Shown piece by piece: positions 1-10,632 of a DNA stretch of 64,000 nucleotides. The first letter of the stretch is position 1. The number at the start of each line of letters is the position of its first letter. The notes under the pieces were generated by a model. That model saw only the letters and a program-made list of their open reading frames with translations, had not been told where the DNA came from and did not search any database. This DNA is from Octopus sinensis (Eukaryota), in assembly GCF_006345805.1 (NCBI RefSeq), contig NC_043012.1, positions 5,704,001 through 5,768,000 on the forward strand, given 5' to 3'. A program made the position numbers and the translations under genes.

Positions 1-175
1 TATTAATGCAAATACATGTGTATGTGTTTACACAAATGTGTATGTATGTATCTATGTATATGCATATATATGTATATACATACATATATATATATATATA
101 CATACATATATATGTATATACACACATCCACATATATATATATATATACATGTATGTGGATATATGAGCATGTGC

Positions 176-206
<31 letters not shown>

Positions 207-355
207 ATATATATATATGTATATATATATATAATGATATATATATAATGTATATATGTGTTTATACATACATACATGCATGCACACACACATGCATGCA
301 CACACACGCACGCACGTACACGCGCACACACACTCAACTGTATAAACATATATAG
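1..355. repeat. Compound (TA)n/(TG)n/(CA)n microsatellite
   Basis: Direct reading; the overlapping Y/I/C/V/H-rich ORFs are its translations. Confidence 0.95.
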
Positions 356-1439
356 TGATTGTGACTGGTTGGTCATGTATAGAGTTAATGTTCTGTCATT
401 GTTGTTGATGGTTTGTTATTTCGTTTGATTACACAGGAGTATTTTGATAAGTAATTAACAAATAGGTGATTATTCTCTGCCATTTATCCAGAAGATTGTT
501 TTGGCGTTCTTTATTCAAGAGTTAAAAATCTCTCTATTGCATGTATGTATGTCTGTGTGCCTGTGCGTGTGTGTGTGTGTGTGTGAAAAAGCAGGTTTCT
601 GTTGTTCCATCTGTGGGCACATGGTTAATTATCTCGAGGTGGATGTAGATGTCTGGTCTATTAAGTAATTGTCTTCATTTTCCACATTAATGAAAGTATC
701 CGGCTTCGTCTGTTAACATATTTTCATGCTAACTAAACTGGAGACACCTTAAGCATTTGTCTAGTCGGTGGTTGTATATCGTCTGATCATTTACATTATT
801 TGTAAAAAAAATTAAATAATTATAAATCCTTGAAGAAAGTCAGTCTTCTGCAGTAATTTAGGTTCCTTTCTCAAAATCTGATCTCAATGCCTCATGGTGA
901 CGAGACTGTGGTTGTGCTTTCAATGCAACATCAATGCACAGCTAGGCACACACACCAGGGTGTACACCCTTAGCTAGGAAGGTGCCATACTGAAGTAAAT
1001 ACGTTGGTATTTTTGGCTGGTTATAAGCTGAAATGTGGCCGAATGTATCACCCAACACTGAGATGGAATTGTTAACACTGTTTCTGGTCTGGTTAAGATG
1101 TGATTCAAGGCTACATAAGAATAAACAGCAATCCGTTTCATCCTACATATAGGCACAGCAGATAACAGTCCTGGGATCATAGTGAGTGGGTTACTGCCAA
1201 ATAAGTCAGAATCCATCTTAAAAGATTCACTCAGTTGGTATTTTGCATTTTTTTCTTGCTGACTTTTTCCCCACAAAAGTCCAATGGTGGTGGGATAAGG
1301 AGGGAGAAGCAAGTTTTGATGAAACTAGTAGCTTCCTGTCCAGACCAGTACGTTAGAGGTGAATACGTGAAGGCCACTTTTCTAAAACCTTTGACTACTC
1401 AGAAATCTGACCTGGCATCTGTGTCTGGGTAGATTTACT

Positions 1440-2310
1440 TAGGATCATCTCTGCTCACCCTGAATGGAGAAGACTCTAGAAATTTCGGAGTTAACACTGG
1501 AGGTCTTTTCACCCTGTCCTGACTCCACTCATAAAAACTGGCCAACACCACTTGGTCACCTAACGACAGTATGAAGACAACAATGCTTCACCAGTTCATG
1601 CATAAGAGGAAATATAACAGCAGCCAATTAATAACTTAGAGAAGGCATGTGATGGCTTTGGTTTGACTATCACCTCTAGAAAACCAAAGTGCTCGCACAG
1701 ACTACGACAGGGACAAACTTTCTAAATTTCAAAATTAATATCTTGAAAACCCCTCTGGAACAAATAGACCATTTCCTTTACTTTGGAAGTCTCCTTTCAA
1801 TGAAATGCAATTCCGAGAAGGATGTCAAAAACTGGATTTGTACAGGTTGCTTTTCAAGGACTATCCTCTCACATCTTCAGAAACAAAAAATTTATCAAAT
1901 TCAAGGTGTTGTTTCAACCTTATTCTATGGATGCAAAATATGAACACCATACCACCAAGACATCAAGAAAACTTTGAGTGCCTTTACTCAAAGAAGCTCT
2001 GAACAATCATGAACATCAAATAGGAAGATTACATCACCAGCCTTTCCAGTTGTTATGAAAATTCAAGCCAAAAGTATGGAAGCTGCCATGATCAAATATT
2101 GGCGTAGATAGACAGGCCATTTCCACCATATGAATAATGCCAGACATCTCTGCCAAATTCTTTGCAGCGAACTCAGAATTGACAAAAGACTTTGTGGATA
2201 GCCTACAACGTAAAAAGATCCACTTGAGTAGACTATAAAGAAGACTAACATCAAATTGAAAACCCAGGAACGATGAAGAGGACAAAGAAGGAAAAAAATT
2301 GCCACGTTCA
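1440..2310 (+). mobile_element. Degenerate RTE-clade LINE, RT catalytic region and C-terminal part of ORF2
   Basis: Frameshifted translation gives NTGGLFTLS..., QYEDN (decayed YADD), NLEKACDGFGLTI, KVLAQ, LEQIDHFLYFGSLLS, VVSTLFYGC and WRR*TGHFHHM, in the order typical of RTE RT C-termini. Many stops. Confidence 0.85.
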
Positions 2311-2614
2311 CCTTTTTCTATCAAGGGTACCATGTTCAAATGTATTTTATGCAAGGGTTGTCAGAGATACCAGAACAACAAATGAGAAAAGAAAATACTC
2401 GAAAACCAGAAATAACTTGACTTTTGGTTTCTTCTTTATGGCTTTCCCATATTTGATTGGATTACCCATGTTCAGTTCACTGCAGATCGAACGCCTCAAC
2501 ATGTTCTCTCCACCAAAGAATAGCTTGAAATCATATTGGTTTGATGAGCCTACTCTGCCACATTGGCTTGACATGGCTTGTCAGAAGGATACAGTTTTAT
2601 ACTCATATCCAGGA

Positions 2615-2745
2615 GTAGTTAAGTTGATTACATTGACCCCAGTGCTCAACTGGTACTTATTTCATTGACTCTGAAAGGATGGAAGGCTAGGTTGACTTCA
2701 GCGGAATTTGAACTCAGAATGTGAAGACTGTTCTAACTCCGCTAT
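2615..2745 (-). mobile_element. tRNA-derived SINE, family B, truncated
   Basis: Matches the other family-B copies (gaccccagtg..actggtactt..gaaaggatg..ggaatttgaactcagaa). Confidence 0.75.
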
Positions 2746-3066
2746 AATAGTTTCAGCTCCTCTTTTCTAGTAAGTTGCTATCACATTCAATCCAACCCAC
2801 TCGACGTACCCGATGCACTCCTACACATCATTTCTCCTTATATAACTCTTGTAACAAAATCTTTCTTCCCTAAATTGCATCTCTCTCCAGAACACCATTT
2901 GAGCCCACACTTTTCTGACTGAAATTCAAGCTGAACATCAACAGTTTTGATTGGTCCAACATAACTAATGGCACTGCCTGTCTTATCTTGGTTAGATTAT
3001 GATAAAAAACATATATTCAAAGATGTTTAAATAGGATAGAAGTGGATGCATGTAGAATGTGCAATA

Positions 3067-3283
3067 TTCTTTTCTACTCTAGGCACAAGGCCCAAAATTC
3101 TTGAGGAGGGGGCCAGTCGATTACATCAACCCCAGTATGCAACTGGTACTTAATTTATTGATCCCCAAAAGGATGAAAGGCAAAGTTGATCTCAGCAGGA
3201 TTTGAACTCAGAACTTAAAGACAGATGAAATACTGCTAAGCATTTTGTCCAGCATGCTAATGCTTTTGCCAGCGCACCGCCTT
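3067..3283 (-). mobile_element. tRNA-derived SINE, family B
   Basis: B-box (GAGTTCAAAT on the minus strand), central cctttcatcctt..gatcaataaattaagtacc domain; head-to-head with a family-A copy. Confidence 0.85.
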
Positions 3284-3289
3284 AGAAGA

Positions 3290-3700
3290 ATGTGCAATAT
3301 TATGGCATGGTGGTTGGGTACAAAGCTTGCTTCCCAACTACATGATTCCAGGTTCTGTCTCAATGCACGGTGCCTTGAGCAAATGTCTTCTACTGTAGCC
3401 TTGGACCAACCAAAGCCTTGTGAGTTGATTTGGTGGACAGAAACCGAATGAAGCCTGTTGTGTGTATATATATGTGTGTATGTGTGTGTGTGTATGTGCA
3501 TGTCCCACCGGCACTGCCTGACAACCAGTATAGGTGTGTTTACGTCCATAGAACTTAGCAGTTCAGCAAAAAGAGCACCAATGGAAAAAGTACTGGCCTT
3601 AAAATATAAGTACCAGTGGCAATTCGTTCAAATAAAATTCCTCGAGGCAGTGCCCCAGCATGGCCGCAGCCAAATGACCGAAACAACTAAGAGACAAAAG
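3290..3700 (+). mobile_element. tRNA-derived SINE, family A (CORE-like domain, internal microsatellite)
   Basis: Head ..ggttgggtacaaagcttgcttcccaac..ccttgagcaaatgtcttctac, internal (TG)n, tail ccagcatggccgcagccaaatgaccgaaac; about 19 copies in the window. Confidence 0.85.
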
Positions 3701-3984
3701 ATGACAGATTTTAACATTCGTTGCTTTTAGTGTCGTAATGATGTAATTAGAGTCTAGGTTATTGATGGGGTGGGGGGCAGATAATTAACTTTATTACGTT
3801 GGTAATATAGTCTGGAATGTTAGTCAAATTAGTAGGCTTGTTTTCAGATGTAATTACTATTCTACTTATCTTGTAATTACTTATCAATAAAGCAGGAGTG
3901 AGCACTGCGTAGTGATAGGTAAGCTACATCCAAGATGGAGAAATCCCCGGTTAAAGATTTTGTACTTTTATTTTACGTCATGTA

Positions 3985-4385
3985 TGCACAGTAGTGGCTG
4001 TGTGGTAAGAAGTTTGCTCTCTCACTACATGCTTCCAGGTTCTGTCCCACTGCATGGCATCTTCAGCAAATGTCTTCTACTCGTTCTATAGCCCCAGGCT
4101 GAGAAAACCATTGTGATGGGATTTGGTAGGTAGAATCTGAAGGAAGCCCTTTGTGTGTGCGTTTGTGTGTGTGTGTGAGTGAATGCATGCTTTTGTTTCC
4201 CCTCATTGCTTGACAATAGATGTTGGTTTGTTTACACCCCCATAACTTAGCAGTTTGGTAAATGAGCCTGACACAATAAGTATCAAGCTTTTCAAAGTAC
4301 TGGAATCGATTCAGTCAACTGAATCCTGTATAGCAGTGCTCCAGCATAGTCGAAACACAATGACTGAAACAAATGAAAGACATTG
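3985..4385 (+). mobile_element. Family-A SINE, diverged
   Basis: Same head, CORE-like segment and tail as the other family-A copies. Confidence 0.8.
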
Positions 4386-5140
4386 CCTAGGTTCTTCAGA
4401 AATGTATGATAGTCACAGCAGCCCCTATCTCCGTCTGTGAAGGAGATATGAGCTTTGTCAAAATAAAAATCATGAGGTTTTGAGGGTATAAGTTATTTTG
4501 TATATCCCTGAGTAGACCCATGCCCGTCACTGTGCATGGATGGCACTGCCCCTTCACTATTCATAGGTGGATCCTTGGATTTACAGTGATATACTTATTT
4601 TGAAACTCCCAGGCACCAAAGTTTGGTGACAAGTCTGAGCAGATCCATGACTATTCCGATTTATTCCCATAACTACCATACTCCAGGTTACAATATCTAA
4701 AGTGTTCTTCCCCTTTGAGATGGAAGGGTGTAGTTTGAGAGAGTTTAGGCTGCTCTGCAATGGCGGCACAAGCTAGAGTAAGCTTTGGTCCCAAGCAACA
4801 TTGCCTGAGCTTGTAAACTTTTATCACAATACAACCCCAATTTCACACAATTCATTCCACATCCATCATTTTACTTTAACAGAAATCACGATTTTCTCAA
4901 AGTGTTTCCATGGCAGATCTCATTAATTTGCCTCTATAGCGTGTTTGTTCCATGTTAATTTCTTAAACAGGATTCAACAGTTAAGTATGGTAAATAATAT
5001 CTTTCTTAAACTTGCATTTTCTTTCCTTTTTCTTTAATTTAGGCTAACATCTGTTATTCCTGCGTTTCTACATACCATTGATTTCCACATGCAGTGAGAA
5101 GTATCAGTCATTTTTTCAATTCACTAATAAGCACAATACA

Positions 5141-5253
5141 TTAACCTTTAGCACATTGCATTTTCTCTAGAATTGTTTCTCCTGCCATTCCATTACTATA
5201 GGGGAGAAAACTCATACGGTGACATGATGCACCTACAGTGTGCTAAAGGTTAA
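5141..5253. mobile_element. piggyBac-type MITE (about 105 bp) with TTAA TSD
   Basis: TTAA-CCTTTAGCACATTG ... CAGTGTGCTAAAGG-TTAA: 14-bp TIR with 1 mismatch. Confidence 0.7.
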
Positions 5254-6402
5254 CTTTGCAGTAACATGTGATTGGACTCTGAATAACTCCATCAGTAAAA
5301 TTAAATTCACTCATTTTACTGTATCTTCATGAAGTTACTATGCTAGCTTTTCTCTTGTATGATTTATTTGCATTGTTATTATTGACAAGTAGCAAGGGCA
5401 TGTAGTCTAGTTAAGGTATTGCACTCACGCTCACAAAATAGTGGTTTCCATTCCTGGCCCCAGTAGTAAGTTGCATTCTTAGGCAAAACACTCACGTTGC
5501 TCTGAATTCATTCAATGTCTAACGTGTGGCATACCGTGCACTAGTCAGGCAAAGTTGATTTGATGTGGAGTGTAAGCTAGTGTATAACACAAACAAATAG
5601 GCTGTACAGATTCAGCAAGACATTGTGGAACCCTCATCTGTCGTCCACAACAGGAGAGTATGCATTCAGTTGCTGCCCAGGACACTAGGTTCACATTTTA
5701 TCATAGTTAAGTATCTTCATTAAATCCGTGGGGTCTTTTCTGTTCGGCTCACATTTTTCAATTCTTTTAATTTTGTTCCAATTGACTTCAAATTTGGTGT
5801 ATTAATGTAGTTTTGTATGATAATTATGGAAATGAAATTCATTTTTGCCATAAATTAATAAATAAAAAGTTAATAGCTTTTAAAGTTTACTAATTTTGAG
5901 TAATTTTAACCAATCAAAATCCACAGACATATTGGCGCCTGTTTCCATAATGACAAGCCAAGGTAGAGTCTGCTATGGGAGGATTGTTGAGATAGACAAA
6001 CCAGTCTTCTCAAGATGTAAATACAATTGAGAAAGGCTGCAACCTGAGAAATGCATTTTCAGAGGTGTGTGTCATGAGACCAAACACACTTTTCTTTATG
6101 CAGTGCCATGTCAGGATTGAGAGGAGCCATAATTTTCAGTGACTTGTGGAGGGTCTACTCTCATATACCTGAAAATGATGGTTATAATTTTCAATGCAGA
6201 ACAGTTAACCAGACAGATGATACCCATACACAAAAAGTGGAAAACACCCGATCCTCTGTAAAATGAAGTAATAAACGACGCTGTGGAACCCACCATTCTA
6301 TGGTTGACTTCAATCTCCACAAGTTTATGTGGTGCAAGAGATACGAAAATTTTAATTTGACAAACTTCCATTCTCTAATTGGTTAGTTTGATCTACATTA
6401 CC

Positions 6403-6635
6403 TATTTCTTTACAACCCACAAGGAGCTAAACACAGAGAGGACAAACAAGGACAGACAAAGGGATTAAGTCGATTATATCGACCCCAGTACGTAACTGGT
6501 ACTTAATTTATCGACCCCGAAAGGATGAAAGGCAAAATCGACCTCGGTGGAATTTGAACTCAGAATGTAACAGCAGACGAAATACGGCTACGCATTTCAC
6601 CCGGTGTGCTAACGATTCTGCCAGCTTGCCGCCTT
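6403..6635 (-). mobile_element. Full-length family-B SINE with 17-bp TSD
   Basis: Complete head (AAGGCGGCAAGCTGGCAG on the minus strand) through the TAAAGAAATA tail. GTTTGATCTACATTACC at 6386-6402 and 6730-6746. Confidence 0.9.
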
Positions 6636-6639
6636 GTTT

Positions 6640-6985
6640 GATCTTCTGAGGGTTCTAAAAGAACACCCTGAAGAACATGACAGGAATCAAAGGTAAAAGT
6701 TGAATGACAGTTCCAAAGTAGTATCAAATGTTTGATCTACATTACCCTTCTAACTTATATTGTCATCTGTACTTCTCATAGTTTAACTGAATGCACTGGC
6801 ATGGACATGCAGGCTGTGGAGTAAAAGAGAGTGATAAAACTTCGGTCAAAGATTGTTGTAGTTACTTTTTGAGTAAAGATGCTTAGGTTTTCAACATTTG
6901 ATACTACTTTGGAACTGTCATTCAACTTTTACCTTTGATTCCTGTCATGTTCTTCAGGGTGTTCTTTTAGAACCCTCAGAAGATC
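6640..6985. repeat. Perfect 93-bp inverted repeat, 160-bp spacer
   Basis: 6640-6732 is the exact reverse complement of 6893-6985 (checked base by base). Confidence 0.95.
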
Positions 6986-7712
6986 GAAGATTTATCTACA
7001 CAATATTATGAGACAAGATCGTATCATTTGGTTTTCATTTGTATTAAAGGGGTGCATAAATATTAAAATGTTGCTAAGGTTACCAACATATTTGGCTTCA
7101 GAAAGAATAAGAGGCCTCTTCTGTTCTGAGCTCAGCAAAAATGTCATCAAATATTGACATTTTGTATCAAACGTTTTTTTATTTGCAATATTTTTGTTGT
7201 ACCAGCATTGTAATTTCTTAATTACATTACTAATTAGCTTAATCAGCTTGTTCTATTATGCTACTTTTTTTTTCTTTTTTTGGTCCATTAAAAGAATTTT
7301 TTTTTCAGGTGAAAAAAGCTCATGTTCTCCTCCAACATGTTTCACCTGAAAAATGTTGCTCACATGTCTATATGTACTATTGTTAGTAAATGTTTTTATT
7401 TATTCTTTTCCTGTGTACGTTATTGTTCCCCGTTTGAAGTTGAATATACAGAAAGTCGCTCGAAGCGCGACTGCTTGCTTCTCGTTATTGCCATTCCTGT
7501 TGCCAACCTCACAATAAACAAAAAAACATAGCAACTTTTTTAAGGCAGAATGATTGCTGAGAAAGCAAAAATAAAATTGTCACATGGTAAAACAATAATG
7601 TGTTTATTTAATAATGAAATGCGATAGTGATCCTGGTTTATTTTTAGATGATACCTAGAACTATTAGGTTTTTCAACAAATCCTTTTGTCATTTTTTTAA
7701 AACAAAGACGTT

Positions 7713-7778
7713 TAGTAAATTGTCATATATCCGTTACATGTTGGATCCAGTATGTAATGGATATATGATAATTCACTA
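7713..7778. repeat. 66-nt hairpin, 27-bp stem
   Basis: TAGTAAATTGTCATATATCCGTTACAT pairs with ATGTAATGGATATATGATAATTCACTA with 3 transition differences; 12-nt loop. Confidence 0.8.
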
Positions 7779-7799
7779 GAAAGAGGCTTCTTGTAGTTA

Positions 7800-8022
7800 T
7801 CATTTACTTGTTTCAGTCAGTGGACTGTGGCCATGCTGGGGTATCGCCTTAAAAGGTTTAGACAAACAAATCAACCCCAGTACTTTTTTTTTTAAGCTTG
7901 GGACTTATTCTATCAGTTCCTTTCTGCCGAATCACTAAGTTACGGTGACATAAAACAACACCAGTTGCCAAGTGGTGGTGGGGGGAACAAACATGAAGAC
8001 ACCACACACTCACATTATATAC
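7800..8022 (-). mobile_element. Family-A SINE, 3' half (5' half apparently at 12443-12590)
   Basis: Runs from the tail to the internal microsatellite and stops; the consensus continuation (gcttctttcagtttcc..) resumes at about 12450. Confidence 0.65.
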
Positions 8023-8077
8023 ACTAACAGAGATACCCGGCCTTGCTCGGGATTAAAATGGCATAGATTTTTTATTG

Positions 8078-8378
8078 CTTTACTTGTTTCAGTCATGTGA
8101 CTGCAGCCATGCTGGAGCACTGCCCATTGGTCAAAGAAATCAACCACCAGGATATATTCTTTGTAAGCCTAGTACTCATTCTGTCAGTGTCTTTTACCAA
8201 ACTGCTAAGTTATGGGAATGTAAACACAGCAACATCAGTTGTCAAGCAATGGTGGGCGTACAAACACAAGACACATGCACACACATACACAAATATACAC
8301 ATATATACGACAGTCGTCTTTCAGTTTCCGAGTACAAAATCCACTCACAAGGTTTTGGTCAGCCTGAGGCTATAATAA

Positions 8379-8380
<2 letters not shown>
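8078..8380 (-). mobile_element. Family-A SINE, head-truncated into (CA)n
   Basis: Tail tttacttgtttcagtcatgtgactg.. through gctataata. Confidence 0.85.
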
Positions 8381-8433
<53 letters not shown>

Positions 8434-8434
8434 G

Positions 8435-8751
8435 AAAATAAGAAATTGGAGGAATAGATTCCTTTCAATCATCAACTTACAGATAATACCAATTCATATA
8501 ATTTACTAACTAATTAAATAGGAACATCCAAATCCAACAGAATAAAACAATATACATCAATAAGTAAGATAATACCATAAAAATAATACATATAAAATGG
8601 ATCTTACAGCTGTTTCAGCCTGTAGATAAATGTATCTCATTGTGCCTATATTAGTCAAATGTAATTGAGGTAATATACAGTTAAAAATGAGAATTGGTAT
8701 TATCTGTAAGTTGATGACTGAAAGGAATCTATTCCTCCATTTTCTTATTTT
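8435..8751. mobile_element. Foldback element next to a (TA)n tract, 61-bp terminal inverted repeats
   Basis: 8435-8495 versus the reverse complement of 8691-8751: 2 mismatches. Confidence 0.75.
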
Positions 8752-8933
8752 GTATTATGAGTTTGAGGTAAAACATTTTACCTTCGCCCATATAATACAA
8801 TAAATGAATTAATTGCATTGCAATTGTAAGCATTTATGTATTAGCCTTTTGGGTACTTCACTGGCAGTATATTGGATAACTGATATCCCATAGTGGGTTA
8901 CACTCATAACCCCTATCTCACTTTGTACTATAT

Positions 8934-9010
<77 letters not shown>

Positions 9011-9017
9011 GTATATA

Positions 9018-9435
9018 TGCATTCGGTGTGAATAACTTTGTTTTATGGTGCCGTATTTTACAATCTTGTAATAACAATAATAATGGTATTTTTATATAAG
9101 CTTAAAACTTATGCTGTTCACTGAGCAATGACTAAGAAAATAGTCTAATAAAGGGGCATATAAGCCCTCGACAGAATAAAAGAAGGCTTTACCATCTGTG
9201 TGGGACATGAACCCACATCCCTTTGTTAACATGACTAAGTGTGTTGCCTTTACATGCAGATGGGAAAGCCTTGGTTTTTTCTGTCGAGGGCTTCTATGCC
9301 CCACTATTAGACTATTTTCCTTAGTCATTGCACAGTGAATGCCATAAGCTCTAAGCTTGTATAAAAATACCATCATTATTATTTACAGGATTGTAAAATA
9401 CGGTGTCATATAACAAAACCATTTGCACCAAAAGC
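9018..9435. mobile_element. Long imperfect palindromic (foldback) element flanked by (TA)n, with a tRNA-like centre
   Basis: Arms of about 185 bp are reverse-complementary at roughly 80% by eye; the loop contains GGGTTCATGTCCCAC (minus strand), like the SINE B-box region. Confidence 0.75.
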
Positions 9436-9439
9436 ACAC

Positions 9440-9533
9440 ACACATATCTCTCTCTATATATAGGTGGATATATATATATATACATACATACATACATATA
9501 TATATACACATACATACATACATATATATATAT

Positions 9534-9566
<33 letters not shown>

Positions 9567-9651
9567 CATACATACATATATATACATACATACATATATA
9601 TATATATATACATACATATCTATATATATATACATACATATCTATATATAT

Positions 9652-9683
<32 letters not shown>

Positions 9684-9696
9684 CATACATATATAT

Positions 9697-9741
<45 letters not shown>

Positions 9742-9758
9742 ATATATATACACACACA
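9440..9758. repeat. (TA)n/(TACA)n microsatellite
   Basis: Direct reading. Confidence 0.95.
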
Positions 9759-10308
9759 CATCATCATCATCGTTTAACGTCCGTTTTCCGCGCTAGCACG
9801 GGTTGGACAGTTCGACCGGGATCTGGAAGCAAGGGGCTGCACCAGGCTCCAGTCTGATCTGGCAATGTTTCTACAGCTGGATGCCCTTCCTAACGCCAGC
9901 CACTCTGCGAGTGTAGTGGGTGCTTTTTACGTGCCACCTGCACAGGTGCCAGGGGGGTCTGGCATCAGCCACGATCGGTTGGTGCTTTTAACGTGCCACC
10001 AGCACAGAAGCCAGTCGAGGTGGTGCTGGCAACGGCCACGTTCGGATGCTGCTTTTTATGTGCCACCGGCACAGAAGCCAGTCGAGGCGGCGCTGGCAAC
10101 GGCCACGTTCGGATGGTGCTTTTTATGTGCCACCGGCACATGTATCACAACTACTATTTCCATTGATATTTGTTTCGATGTTCATGTATATGCACTTGAC
10201 TCAACAGGTCTCCTCAAGCACAGCGAGATGTTCTGGGATCCAAGGTACTTTGAATGGGCAGGGATCCCATTCAAAGTACTTTGGATCCCAGAACATCTCG
10301 CTGTGCTT
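9759..10308 (-). mobile_element. RTE-associated 3'UTR element (family C) with (GAT)n tail and 5' snap-back
   Basis: Tail ..ggaaaacggacgttaaacgatgatgatg (minus strand), gcgttaggaagggcatccagctgtagaaac motif, four internal ~65-bp tandem units, 43-bp inverted duplication at its 5' end. Confidence 0.85.
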
Positions 10309-10344
10309 GATCTATATATATACATACATATCTATATATATATA

Positions 10345-10590
10345 TAATAAGTTCAGCAAAATTTAGATTCAGATGAATATGGTACTTAAGTCAAATGCAC
10401 CAGAATTTTGTATGGTATCATCCATATAACTCCATGGGGTGATTATAATCAAAATATGCAACAAGTATATCTGAAGTAATGTGGTACGATCGTTTCATGC
10501 TACTTCATTTTATTAAACAGTGTTTAATAAAATGAAGTAGCATGAAACGATCGTACCACATCTCCTCGGATAAAATTGTTGCTTATTTGG
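10345..10590. mobile_element. TA-flanked element with a perfect 83-nt palindrome
   Basis: 10479-10519 is the exact reverse complement of 10521-10561 (1-nt loop); the outer arms continue imperfectly. Confidence 0.75.
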
Positions 10591-10632
10591 ATATATATAT
10601 ATATATGTATATATATATAGATATATATATAT

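Noticed and set aside
640-715. Minus-strand candidate terminal exon TKPDTFINVENEDNYLIDQ..
   Set aside because: Weak acceptor, no homology, phase not compatible with the 13.2-kb candidate.
9920-10140. Regularly spaced repeats resembling a CRISPR array (also 59831-59913)
   Set aside because: Eukaryotic context, spacers are homologous to each other, no cas genes; these are LINE 3'UTR tandem units and a local triplication.
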